64,000 nucleotides of DNA from Dudresnaya verticillata (lineage: Eukaryota), in assembly GCA_977862235.1 (NCBI GenBank), contig OZ374564.1:2294001-2358000 (forward strand), in the 5' to 3' direction. Below, piece by piece: positions 38,188 through 49,862 of the stretch. The position numbers and the translations under genes are program-made. Position 1 is the stretch's first letter, and every line of letters starts with the position of its first letter. Below the pieces are notes generated by a model. That model was not told the origin of the DNA. It did not search any database and was given only the letters and a program-made list of their open reading frames with translations.

Positions 38188-39512
38188 TCTTGAGGCCAAT
38201 TTCAGTTCCAGAAGTAAAGTCCGGTATTCGGTTCCTGTTCTACTCTGTTTTCCCGTTCTATCTCGCTACTGTTTCACAGAGACACACACACACACATAAA
38301 AACATGCTCAACCAGCTCACCTTACAAACGGACCTTCCGCTCCACAACGTGTCGCCGTCCGCACTACGCGTGCCTACTCGAGGCGCCCCATACCGAAACC
38401 CGATCAATAAGAGCGTCAAGGTCCTTGATTCAAGGGTCCGTCGGGCATCGCAAGATCTCTTGGGCTTTGCATTCGATTTGTGCTCGAGCTTCTGGAGATC
38501 GCGTGAAAGGGAGTGCTTGTACACTGTGTTGTAGGTGGAAATGACGACGCAGCATATCTAGCATCAGAAAAGCTTAGAGTTTCTGCATCCGGGAGGGGGC
38601 CCATACGGGGAGTTTGTTGATCCTGAAGAGTAGAGCGAACGGGCCTTGTGCAGGTTTCACCTTTCATCGCTTGAAAGGAAGATCAACAGATTGCCAAAGA
38701 GAGCAAAACCAGGTGTTGAAGAAGGGGAGTTTGTGAGAGTGTATCGGGTGTAAAAGGTGAGTGAGTTGGCCTTTCGCGAAAGAAGCGGAGCACCGTGACG
38801 CCTGAAGAGTACACATCAGACAGTAACATACTTAGCATAGCTGAGCGGGAAGGGGTGTAGATTGAACAAGACGCCAATGTTTGTACACAAGCGACGAGGG
38901 TTCGGATCGTACTCTCAGTGCATCGCGATATCCGCCATCGTCTACGATCTGAATCTTTGAGAGAAGTAGGGCAAGCTGAGCAGAGAGAAGTACCAAAAAC
39001 GGGCATCTCAGAAGTTGACGGGCGCTGTTCGATAGCCAGAAGGTAACTGAAACCTGTACAACTCTCATCCTGAACTGGTGCCTCTCACAAAAGTTTGCGT
39101 TATTCACTTACAAGCTTGGGCGTTTTGCCGTGCCTGCAGTCAATGGACGAAGAAGATATCTTTCTTGGGGAAAACTTCACTTCGTCAGGAAACACTTAGG
39201 CGGGAAGAGTTGGGAGTTGGACAAAAGTTTTCCCATTTCGTTTTAATCGCCTTTAAGGGCCTCCTCTCAACGTTGAGAAAAAAAGGGATACATGCCAATT
39301 TCGTTCGGGGCTCGTCGGGGAATTTCGCCGAGCTCCGCGACGAGCCGGAGGGCTGCAAAATCGCCATAAATCAACCTCAGGAAGCCCTATAGCCAAATGC
39401 GCCCCGACTGCCCTACGCCCTCCACTTCGAACCATCGCCCCCACCCATCCTTTCCCGTCTTCGAACTGCTGCCGTGGATAGCCTTCTCTCCCTGCCCCCT
39501 CTGCCCTCCAAG

Positions 39513-40031
39513 ATGCCCGTTACCAGGAGTCAGGCTCGTTCTGACACCGAGTCGCCAAACTTCGCACTGAAGTGGGTCAAGGGAACTCCGCAAGTTCGCC
39601 ACCCGGATGGCATCACGTGTGGCTACAAGTGGCTGGAACAGGAGGTCATGTATCGCGACGTCGTTCGTGCTCTGATCGACGGGGAGTACTGGTTTGGATT
39701 CAAGGAGGAAGGCCAGGACCACGCTTCGGTCGTGTCTTTGGCTGGACAGCGGGACACTACAAACTACGAAGTCCTGATAAACCCGAACCGTGTCGGACTG
39801 GAGTGGATGACGCCCATTGAGAATATAATTCCGGAGAACCCGGTCATGACGTCCGCCGGCAAGTTGAGCGGAAAGAAGGTGTATCTTGGACGTGTCGATT
39901 CTTTTTCCGACTTGTACTCCGGCATTGCTATTCAAGAAAAGTCTAAGCCTATACTATTCTGTGTTTACTGTGAGTATGTGGCCGTTAGAAAGACAGCTGG
40001 TCAGATTCTTTGTTACGCCCAGCCTGAGTAA
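39513..40031 (+). CDS. 172-aa DM9-repeat (DUF3421-like) protein, putative lectin, copy 1
   Basis: Two repeats: LKWV..PDGITCG..VVRALIDG..TNYEVL and LEWM..IPENPV..GKKVYLGR..QILC; frame intact in both copies. Confidence 0.68.
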   Translation: MPVTRSQARSDTESPNFALKWVKGTPQVRHPDGITCGYKWLEQEVMYRDVVRALIDGEYWFGFKEEGQDHASVVSLAGQRDTTNYEVLINPNRVGLEWMTPIENIIPENPVMTSAGKLSGKKVYLGRVDSFSDLYSGIAIQEKSKPILFCVYCEYVAVRKTAGQILCYAQPE

Positions 40032-40293
40032 TACGATTGTGCAGTATTGCATCCTTGCCCATTCGCAGTTGGTATTGACTGTGAAAGTATGACGCACTAG
40101 CACTGACTAAGCACGGAATCTGTTGTAGCCTAAGACAGTTCGACTGTTCTGGAGGACTGCAATAAAGCGAAGATCCTGTGAAAAAAGCTCTGCAGTTTTC
40201 TCTGACCTTGGCTAGCTCTACTATCAGGTATGAACCTTTCCTTGGTACAGCCATATTGTCATGCTGGACGAAGGGATGCAGAAGCGTTGTTCC

Positions 40294-40693
40294 ATTTTAT
40301 TATTGTCTAGGATGGTCTTACTCGGGCAACGGTGGCCCAAGCACATAGGCGGTAGGCAGAAAAGGGGAGCAGAGGGGCCGGGGTATCGTAACGAAGCGGA
40401 TAAGTTTCGGCTCTGGGGCTGACTTGTCGGAAACTTCTCTCGAGAGTAGGTTGTTGCATGTTGCTGCTTGGGAGGAAATGAGCCGAACCGACTGGATAGC
40501 GGTAATGATGGCCCGTAGGGTAACAGTGCTAGGGCGGGGGGAAGACGGGACCTGGAGCGAAGTGCGTGTGGATGCTTAAGGCAGCGGTTCGTAGGACATC
40601 GTGGGGGATTCGGAATGTACGTAGCTGCAAGCGTACAGTCGGCTTCCTATCTCGATGGTCCGTGAGTTGGGAGCGGTTTGGAAGGTATACTTA
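40294..40693 (-). mobile_element. LINE 3' end (duplicate of about 50126-50523)
   Basis: Part of the inverted duplication; includes the ORF end and the CAATAATAAAA tail on the minus strand. Confidence 0.6.
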
Positions 40694-40699
40694 AGAACA

Positions 40700-41179
40700 T
40701 AGATCTGATATCCTCTGCATAACTGCACGGCCTCGAACTTTGAAAGGGCGTCCCGTTCTGGGGGCACCCGCTATGAGTCTTCGCTGTGCTGGAGCGGGGG
40801 CATTAAACCCTCTCTCCCTTCAAGCACAGTACTTCGAAGCGCAACGACGAGCTCCCCCTTCTCGCTTGTACTGGTCATTTGCAGGAGATACTCCTGGAGC
40901 GCAACACGTGACGGCTGCTCTGCAAAGGATTCTCTCTGCACTTCAGATTGTGCCTCCCCCCCTTTTACTTCTTACTCTTCCCATAGTCTACGGAGCGGCA
41001 GCGTTACTGCTCTCATCCTGCTCGGGGTCCCCATTCCTGATGTTCGCTTTCGTGGACAGTGGAGTTCTGACCGCATGCTGGTTAGCGTCTACTTTGATGG
41101 TCGCCTGGAGGTTACACCGGAAATCTCGGACTACTTCTGGTCACTACTCCCTACCGCTCGGTTCCCGCCCCCGCAGTAG
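40700..41179 (+). pseudogene. Tyrosine recombinase C-terminal fragment (DIRS-like retroelement)
   Basis: After a frameshift in the C-run near 40960 it reads YSSHSLRSGSVTALILLGVPIPDVRFRGQWSSDRMLVSVYFD, containing the HxxR, GxW and Tyr motifs. Confidence 0.82.
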
Positions 41180-42093
41180 CCTCTCCCGTGCCATGCACGG
41201 TTCCGAGACGGGATTTTCATATGGTGTCAATGGTTTACGCTGATGAAAAGATAATGACTACGGGGAATAGCGAACTCGGCTGAGCGTCCGAAACCCCGAG
41301 CAGAGGAAGCACACGGGGTCATTCTAGTGCCACACTGGACCGGGACGTCTTGGTACAAGCTACTACAACGGCTTTTTCTAACCTCCCGCGTGATACATCC
41401 CGGACACGGCTCCCTATTCGACTCCGCGTTCGTCAATCCACAATGGGCAATCGAGATAGCCGAAGTCGGCCGAAAAGTAAATGACAGTCTTTATAGATGT
41501 AAAGCCTTCATTCCTAACCGATGTCTTGATGAAATTAAAACGAAGAAAGACCATACACACGGTTGTTCTAAACAAAGAAAGGATAGACTTGATGGTCAAT
41601 GGATAAGCAGAAGAAGGGTGGGAGGGAGGGGAAGAAAGGATAGACTTGCCGTCTCGTAGGGAGAGCGACCGGCGGTGGCTATATATACTGTAGCCACCAT
41701 GTGGGGAGAGACCCCGAGTTGCACTTCGCAGATTATGTTCCCATTGCAAGAACAATATGAACTTTGATCTTCCGGCGCGCGCATGCATCTGTTGGAGTCC
41801 TTCTGATTCTTCTTGCGACGGATGACACAGATTCGTTGCAATTGAGTCCAAACTGGGAACTCAGCCTCATGCTACTCGATCGGGGTTTCGGACGCTCAGC
41901 CGAGTTCGCTATTCCCCGTAGTCATTATCTTTTCATCAGCGTAAACCATTGACACCATATGAAAATCCCGTCTCGGAACCGTGCATGGCACGGGAGAGGC
42001 TACTGCGGGGGCGGGAACCGAGCGGTAGGGAGTAGTGACCAGAAGTAGTCCGAGATTTCCGGTGTAACCTCCAGGCGACCATCAAAGTAGACG
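41086..42093. repeat. Apparently perfect 214-bp inverted repeat (41086-41299 / 41880-42093) with 580-bp spacer
   Basis: Direct reverse-complement match read by eye. Confidence 0.92.
41300..41480 (+). pseudogene. DIRS methyltransferase-like domain C-terminal fragment
   Basis: AHGVILVPHWTGTSWYKLL resembles the ILVxPxWxxxxWxxLL motif at the end of DIRS ORF2. Confidence 0.55.
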
Positions 42094-43351
42094 GTATCAT
42101 TTACTTTTCAAAATAAAATCTTGTGTGAAGCTAAATGTTTGTCGGCGTTTGGTGAGAACTCGGTCACAGCGCTTCCGCTTTGCTTTCGAGAGCACATTCT
42201 AGAAGCTCCCCATCTTCGTCACAGAAGTGGGTTTACTCTTGGTACCCAGATACGCGCAGTTGGGAGTAACGAAGAGCTCAAAACAAATCAGGTTGAGTCT
42301 GCTAGGACAGAGGTACTTTACGCAGAGAATCCGTTGTTGAAAACATGGTCTTGTGACGCTGCTCTGCAAGCGAACTTTCAGCAATCCAGAGCCTAACTTG
42401 GCTCTACCAGGAGGAAAAAATACCTAATGTCTACCGCCGCAGTGACATAGCAAAACCCCGCAGAGCTCCATTGTGAGTAATACTGCTAACCCTTCACATT
42501 CGGCACGCCGCGGCAGGTGCTTGGCTCTCACCACGCCCTTCGGGCCATTGATCCCTACGCAGCTGAATAGCGTGGCAGCATCCCATCCGATGAAGTAGTG
42601 AGCTGACTTTCCTTGTTATATCTCTTTTGTTCCGCTATCAATATTTTTTGCTGCGCTATCTGTCTTTTGCCATCAACCACCGTCGCCTTCTCTTCTCTCC
42701 CGGCACTGTAGCCTCTGGGACAAACTAGCTTCCATCGACATCTTCTGCCTAACAATTTTCCTATCTCTCAATCTGATACGTAATACGTTCTCACTGAGCT
42801 CAAGGCAGTGTATGCATAGTGGAAACAAAACACCAGATGATTCATCTCCGGCATCGTACCGCAGAAACTTTTTCAGTTAGGAAGCAAGCATGGGGACTAG
42901 GAGAGAAGGAGTGCTGATGTTACAGTTGCGTGGTACTCGAATCCCTGGTATTCTTCTCCGGGCTTCGGTCTGTTTATGAGGCCAGGCCATTTCGCGGCAG
43001 CGGGGCGTCGTAGTTGCGGACACCCTGACTGGAGTAGCATCAGTCGTGGAGACGATGCCAGCAGCGGCGGCAGCGGCAGTGGGAGGACGAGCCCCGTGTG
43101 GTAGGGCGTAGCGGTGCGTGGAAGCCGCCCGGCAGGGCTCAGCGACACATCGGTCGTGCCCTGATCCTGAAGAGCGCATTGCTGGGCGCTTTTGCAGCAT
43201 CCAATAGTATTCGCCATGCTGGAAAGTGCGCCAATAGTAATCGTCGAATTACAGCTCCAATTAGACACAGCTAATGGCATCCACTAGATTGGCAAGTTGG
43301 TCCAGAATCAGGCGTCAAATCAACCAATCAGACGACCGCCTCTCCGGTGAA

Positions 43352-43405
43352 TGAGAGAGGAGACCTTTATTAAAGAACAAGAGAGAAGCCCCTTAAGGGG
43401 TTTAG
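43352..43405 (-). mobile_element. Very short 3' tail of a CRE-like LINE
   Basis: Minus strand CCCCTTAAGGGGCTTCTCTCTTGTTCTTTAATAAAGGTCTCCTCTCTC matches the tail at about 53755-53802. Confidence 0.75.
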
Positions 43406-43444
43406 GCGCCAGGCGGCCAGGCACTGGTGGTTCCATTGCGAATG

Positions 43445-44030
43445 GTGAGCTTCAGTCAGAGCGCCGTCTTTGCCACTCTCTGGGACAGTCTTGGCGTCAG
43501 CCATGAGCTTCAGAGTGGCGCCGTTGCCAACGATACGTCCATCGCACCGCTGACCAACATCCCGAGCTTCGTCGTGATCAGCTTCGTATGGACGTTTTCG
43601 TTGATGACTATGGCCTTGCACCAACTGCCCAAGTGTTTGATATCTCGGCCGTAACTCCGCACTCTTCCTCTTCTCGTGCTCTGTCTCGAGGGCATCTTGC
43701 GATTCAACCTCGTGAAAGGAAAAAGCCTTTTGAAGGCCGCCACTATCGTCGCCTCTGCGAAAACAATTATTTCGAACTACACCCGATGGTTATGGACATC
43801 TATGGCTCCATCGGCCATGGCTTTGATCGCGGTCCGCAACGCATTGCGAATTTCCTCGCTGAGAAAAAAAGGCACGTCCCGTCCCGTTCTAGCGAGGTCT
43901 CCCTTCTCACCCGACTTACCTCTTTAGTATTACAGCGTGTCGCAGCGTGGCTTGTGGTTTCTGTTAACAGGCGCAAGCTTGTCGGCCGCCGCGTTAGTAA
44001 CAGTGCGTACTAAATCCCCTGAAGGGACTT
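43445..44030 (+). mobile_element. 5'-truncated CRE-like non-LTR retrotransposon (restriction-like endonuclease C-terminus)
   Basis: RMDVFV..FDISAVTPH..RERKK..HY..LHPMVMDIYG; hairpin TCCCCTGAAGGGA after the stop. Confidence 0.75.
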
Positions 44031-44643
44031 ACTCTGACTCTTCCGAATAACGGGATGTTTGCTTGGGGTTGCGCTTGGTATTGCGCTTGGCCTCGTTAGC
44101 AAACCCGCGCCCCTTCTTGAACACCTTGGTCGCAGCGCGCTTGACCTTGTTCGCCTGCTTCCGCGCGCGCTTCGCAACACGCTTCGCACCCCGCTTCGCC
44201 CGTTGTCCGCCACGTTTCGCTCGCCTCAACTTCTTCTTCTTCTTCTTCTCCTTCTTCGACGAGGCCCCGCGCATGCTCGCGCCCTCCAGGTCCGACTCGC
44301 GCCCCATCCCGACCACTTCCGTTACCGTCACACCCGCGTCGGAGGCATCTTTCGCCGTTGCGATTGGCGTAGCCGATAGACCCTCCTTTGAGTCCGCCTC
44401 GCGCCTCTTTTCAGTTCTGTCCGTCTCCTTCACCGCGCCCCGCGTCGGCTTGGCCGTGGGGCTCGGCGACGCCGTCTCGGGCCGCGTCTTGTCGGCGTCC
44501 ATCATGGGCAACATGCTTGGCGATGCACTTGGCGACGCGCTGACAGGCACGTTCGACACGTTCGACTTTGTCTGCAGCGGCCAGCTGTGCGCTACTGACG
44601 CGGCTAGCAGCATGTATGCTGCTGCTAGCGCTGCAAACTTCAT
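44029..44643 (-). CDS. 204-aa putative secreted protein: signal peptide, S/T/P- and acid-rich spacer, highly basic C-terminal region
   Basis: MKFAALAAAYMLLAASVAHS signal-like N-terminus; KKEKKKKKKLRRAKRGGQRAKRGAKRVAKRARKQANKVKRAATKVFKK; GC-rich third positions. Confidence 0.65.
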   Translation of the reverse strand: MKFAALAAAYMLLAASVAHSWPLQTKSNVSNVPVSASPSASPSMLPMMDADKTRPETASPSPTAKPTRGAVKETDRTEKRREADSKEGLSATPIATAKDASDAGVTVTEVVGMGRESDLEGASMRGASSKKEKKKKKKLRRAKRGGQRAKRGAKRVAKRARKQANKVKRAATKVFKKGRGFANEAKRNTKRNPKQTSRYSEESE

Positions 44644-44999
44644 CCCGAGCTTTGCTTTTGTGCCCGTATTCCTTTTGCGATTGCGATTGCGCGTTGATGT
44701 CAATGAAACAAGTCCCTGCCGCCTTCGATGATGATGTAGAATGAAGCGTCGGTGCGCGGAGCAGCTGCGCTTTTACACCCCGAGCTGCTAGTGATACCCC
44801 GTTGCGGGGCATAAAATCTTGCATTTTCGGAGAGTCGTTGGGAGAGGTGATGGTTGATTTTAATGGTTGTTTAGGGTGGTCTTGTGCGGGCGACGAGGTG
44901 GAGAGAGAGAGAGAGAGAGATTGTCTATTTTACGAAGTGCCTATCTTTGGAGGTCCAATATCGATCATGCGGGGAACATCAAATCCCAGGAGATTTTGG

Positions 45000-47974
45000 C
45001 AGCCACGTTCTCCAAACTTCACGTTCTCCGAATAGCGTTCAGTTGCTACCAGTTTGCTGGGTAGAGTCCGTGATATCGTGGCAGAAGAAGATGATTTGGA
45101 ATACTACGTGCACCCAAGGGTCGAAACTGATGAGTGGGAGAGTGGGATGACATCATTTCGCAACACGCAAACCAGAAGAGAGCAGACACTGTCGGCACGT
45201 GGAGCAACCAACCACTTTCGAAGAGTTTCTGATAAGTTTCTCTATCAAAAGGCCCATTGTCTCGCATAATAGCAAACCTACCGGTTGGAAAAAATGGCTC
45301 AACCGCTGCGTACGATGGGAAAGCTTTTGTGGCCAAATCTATGGAGTACCAGAAGTATCGCGAGGGTTTAACAGATATGGCGAGCTATGTCAAAGCTATG
45401 AATCCTGTGAAGGCGAAGTCTTTTTTCTTGTGTGTGTAGATACCTACTGAAGTAGGATCTTAAGTAGGGAGCATCACAGCACTACACCAAGCAAAGCCAC
45501 ACTGAAGCGGCAATAGCTTAGTGGTTTCTTTTTGCTTGGTCCGCCATGGAGGTCGCGGGATCGAGTCCCGCGGGTGTGTGCACGTGCGAAGCTGGAGAGT
45601 AGTCTACATGTGGTATCTGGGTCGACGTTTCTGCAAGGTCAAGGAGGGCATTGTTGAGCAAGAACACACATTACAAATGCATCTTTGCCTTGGTTTCGTG
45701 GGTAAAACACCTGCTAGCTCAAAGAGCTTATCATTACAATCCAGAGTGCCCACTCTCAGAACGGGACAAAGAGAAGAGCTTCATTTGGAACATGGAAAAC
45801 CTTTGGGTTACAGACCATGATTCCTACAGTGCTGGCTCTTCAATGGCATTAGCTTATGATGTTCTCTTCAGACGTTGCGAGAGTCTTACAGACTAAACGT
45901 TCGATCTGTAGTATCACTTCTTGTTCTCAACAGGAATTCTTGGGGAACGAGCGAAACCAGCACAAGGAACTCTCCAAATGAGTTCGAGGATCCGCACAGA
46001 GTAATAAGTCACTCGGCCCTCTAACACTCGCCTATTTACATTACCAACTTAGCTATCGAGGGAGAAACTGAATTTGACAGGTGCACGTCACAGGCTCTGT
46101 CAAACTATGGTTCTGAAGGCTTCAACAAGGGATTAGATGAAATATTTTCCGCACTCATCAAGGCCTACATGACTCATGCAATCTACCCAGATGGATCTCT
46201 TCTGGAAGATGGGTGGGTTCTCTTTACGGGCCTTCAAGAAGGATCTCTTGCGCTTGTAGTGTGGGTGGAGGGAGCAGCTACAGTGTATATTTGGGGCTAT
46301 TTAAATATGCGTATCCCAACAGTGATCTAAGTTCCATGCTATGGCGCCAACGATTTGGTGAATATGAAGTAGAGGAGAACTGCCGTAAGGATTGGTGGCA
46401 GGAGATGATCCCGTTATCGTTTTTCGGGAGCGAACACACTACTGAAGCAGAGTCTGTGGGAGGCCTAAGTGAGTCCGCCCGGAAGGAATTCAAGCTTTCA
46501 TTCTATGCCAGCAGGAGAGGCCTGCTGATTGCTCGAAATAGTTTCTCAGATGACGGGACTTACTTGCATTTTGATTCTCGACCTGATGCTTTCTTTTTCC
46601 GAAATGGCTACGCTGATCCAGGGTGTTCACATTCAGCCCACTTGGACAGACTTAGATTACGGACTTGCCCGTGGCCTCAAAGTCCAGAATGCATATTTTG
46701 ATTCACGTGGATGGAATCGCGCGAGCTAGGCTTGCCCCATCTGCAAGGATGCTTCGCGTTACTGACAATGGCCGACTGTTTCTAGCCGCTGCAGATTTAA
46801 CGTATGCATACAACTACCAATGGAGACATCACTGGGGTTCCATTCGCCCTCCAACTGGACATACAATGAGGTGCAATAGAAACGGCAGACCGTTGATGGT
46901 TGAACTAAATGTTAATGAAGAAGAGCGATCCAGCCCTTGGGCGCTAGGATGGCCTCAAGATGATCTTGGCAAAGATTTAGGTTTCTCAAAAAATACCATC
47001 CTACATGGCGCTTCGAGAATTGGCATTAATGGGCTCTGGATATGGAGGAGAAAACAGAGGGAAGAAAGCTTAAACACATGGTGAGATCCGTGGGTTTGGT
47101 AAGAGAGAATGAGGATGTCAACGGAAAGGATGTTATGTTTTTTGTTGATAGCGTTGATGCCGGACGAGGTGCTCGTTCCTTTGAATCATATTTAATGCTG
47201 AACAGAGGGTTTCGATTTGTGAAAGAAGCAGACCGTACGAGATGCGATGGAAACGTTTTTCGTATCAGTCTGCGAGGAGAAGAAGACTCGAGACTAGATT
47301 TTATGTTTTCGCACAATCTAACCACCTTTCGTTCCAAATCGATGCACTGCAAGGCGGGTTTCAGAGACTTGTTTTCAGAAGCGATGGTCTTTCTTCAGAA
47401 GAAATGTGGACAGTTTTATGTCCGCATGAAGGAGAAGGATTCGATGTTCGCCTCACAAAAAATGACACCACAACGGTACTCACGCTGGGAAGCGAAATTC
47501 ATAAACTTCAGCTTAACAATGAAGATCAGGGTATTGTCGGGATTGAAACGCTTCCCATGGTCCCCTAGTTGCTCAAGCCATTCCTATGAGCTAGAAGAAT
47601 TATCTCTGCACACGAACAAAGAAGCATTTATGCACAGGGTCGGGGCTCCAATACAAGCTGTGTTCAAACTTAGCACATTAACAGACGGAGACCCATTAAG
47701 GTTTTATGAGGTTTGAACTTGGGAATCTTATACAAGCATGAAGACACATATTGCAATATACGATTGCGGACCTCCTGGTGCCGAAGCGCACAGATATATG
47801 GTAAGGGACTGTGACTTGGTTTCAGAAACAAATGAAAGAAGTTACTGCTCCCGCGGGTCTCAAAGATGTTTTTGGAAGGGATGGCTAGGCCAGGGCAGTC
47901 AATATAATGCGGCCGTATCTGGCTACCCTATCAAGGGACTAGTACCGCGAATTTCTGTTCTGCATCTCCGTTGA
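45000..47974 (+). pseudogene. Fragmented coding-like region of unknown family
   Basis: Chain of plus-strand ORFs (45054, 45257, 45651, 46213, 46665, 47042, 47738) with protein-like composition, broken by stops, shifts and a 174-bp insertion. Confidence 0.35.
45435..45608 (+). mobile_element. 174-bp TGTAG...CTACA element with tRNA-like core, copy 1
   Basis: Termini TGTAGA/TCTACA; 4-bp TSD TGTG; A-box-like TAGCTTAGTGG at 45514-45524; T-arm GCGGG-ATCGAGT-CCCGC at 45555-45571. Confidence 0.9.
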
Positions 47975-48089
47975 AGAATTTAGGGAGATACCGTTGCTTC
48001 TCTGGTGACTGGATGCATAATATTAAGCACTAGTACCAACGTCACGGAATGACCTTGTCTATCCGCAAATATGCTGTGATCTTCCCGAG

Positions 48090-49055
48090 CCGCCACCGCG
48101 GCCGCGAAAGCTCCTCCGTTTTTCGCCTGGAAGGCCAAACACTCCGGCATCAATCCAAGAAGGTGCTGCGCTACCTCACATCCATGGGATTCCTGTCAGC
48201 GAGGATGACACCGAAAGCTGTAACTTTCATGTACAAGACCGTCATCCGCCCCCTCTACGAACATGGAAGCGCGCTTGTGCCCTACACTAGAGAAATACTG
48301 CGAGCTATTGACGAATTGGACGCCGAATTCTTCGGCGTCATCATCTCACAGAGGTCGCCCCGTATGCCTCCAAAACGCTGCGAAAGCTCCGCGCACAACA
48401 CTTTTCCAGATGGAAAGCCCGGGACTGCGGCAGCGGACACTGCAAAACAAACTCGTCACATCCCTGCGTCGGCTGACAAGGACACCCGGCTCCCGTGCAT
48501 CCTGGCAGGCCCAGAAGACACTACAGGCTATCCAAAAAGTCCCTACCCCTTCCCTCCAACGTGTGTTGAAAGACCCGATCCCCCAAGCTGATGCTCTCAC
48601 GGAGAACCGTAAGGAGTGGGAAGATGCGCTTTCAGGTTGCCGCCCTGCGCCTGTGCCACGCCCCAACGCCCTCCCTCCTGCGCTGCTCCACCCTGACTTC
48701 CACGATCGGCTCCTTGCAATCCGCTGGCACCGCTGCACCTTCCCTATCCCACCGCAATGCCCATCATACCGCGCTACCCTCCGTTCTCACTCACCGGCCC
48801 TCCGCAAGTTGTCGAAGGCCAACCCGACCACTGTTGATCTTGCTGCTATCTCGACCACGATCCGTGCTATTCGCGATCTCTGCGCGACTGCTTTCCCGGC
48901 CCCCTGGTCGCCCTCGCCCTCTTCCTCCCACTCCCCGACCCAGTGACATCCCCCGCGGTGTGCTCTGTAACGATACCAAGTAACGCTACCCGGTCCCCAG
49001 GGCTGGTGCGCCTGCTAATGGGCTCGTGTCGCCCGCGTAGGACCACCATTAACAA
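48090..49055 (+). mobile_element. 5'-truncated LINE (post-RT thumb/C-terminal region and 3' UTR)
   Basis: MYKTVIRPLYEHG resembles the LYKxxIRPxxEYG LINE motif; frameshift into ..DRLLAIRWHRCTFPIP..; 3' stem-loop GGGC-N7-GCCC. Confidence 0.7.
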
Positions 49056-49074
49056 CCCATTAAAATTGAATCAT

Positions 49075-49787
49075 CACAAAGTAAAGAGATTCTCACGCTA
49101 ACGTTCCGCGAACGCAATCTCGCCCACACAGAGAGAACGACAACACCTCGGTGCTGCAATCGCGCGTCGCCCGCCCGAGGTGAGTTTACTGGCCGCCACA
49201 ATGGGACGGGGTTGCCAGCGGCGGGCCCTCGGCCGTGCCGCTTGGACTCGGGCAACAATCGTGCCCCAGAGTACAGGTTCTCTGGTCATGCTCCTATTCG
49301 TCTAAGCGACCTCCAGAGACCACCCTAGAAGGTAGTCGGTCTTGTTCTTCGTTCCCCATAGTCCTCTTCTGACCGATGGCCCTCGGGACTCCCGTTTGCT
49401 CAAGAGTCTGTTGCATCGCCCTCCACGCGTGTGGCGTATGGGACAGCGTGTCCCTTTCAATTTACAGCGCTGAGAAAGACAGCTTACAGTAGTCGTCCGC
49501 ACTGTTGACGAGGAGATGAGGTGCTGCGGAGCCCATCAGATGGATCGGCGTCGTCCAACACAGGGGTTACACTTGCAAAGACCCCGAGACAACCATCACC
49601 AGCTACAACACCACATACCGACGGGACATGCCGGAGCTGTGCTCGATGCAGGCACCTGGTGGATCCATATGCATGAACTGGCCTCGGGCACGCGATGCGC
49701 CATTGCAGCACCAAGGTGTTGCCATTCTTCCTGTGCGAGCGAGATTGCGTTCGCGGAATGTTAGCATGCGAATATCTTTACTTTGTG
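49075..49787. mobile_element. Non-autonomous TIR element (MITE-like) with ~105-bp imperfect TIRs starting CACAAAGTAAAGA
   Basis: 49075-49180 is the diverged reverse complement of about 49682-49787; flanks CAT/CAA. Confidence 0.75.
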
Positions 49788-49862
49788 CAAGCGCGGATCT
49801 TCACTGAATGACACAATCCCGCCACGCAAGCTCCGCGCGGTTTCCACCTCGGCCCACACCCC

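Larger units (their letters stand above)
38407..40693. repeat. Left arm of a 2.3-kb diverged inverted duplication
   Basis: Reverse complement aligns to about 50126-52459; paired ORFs are near-identical on opposite strands. Confidence 0.92.

Noticed and set aside
38188..38330. 3' LTR of G4
   Set aside because: Follows a PPT but lacks clear TG...CA termini and has no partner LTR in the window; boundaries cannot be supported.
42100..43350. Short ORFs at 42121-43280
   Set aside because: No recognisable motifs; left unannotated.
45507..45580. Functional tRNA gene
   Set aside because: Only the A-box and T-arm are tRNA-like; acceptor, D and anticodon arms do not pair properly, and it lies inside a repeated mobile element.
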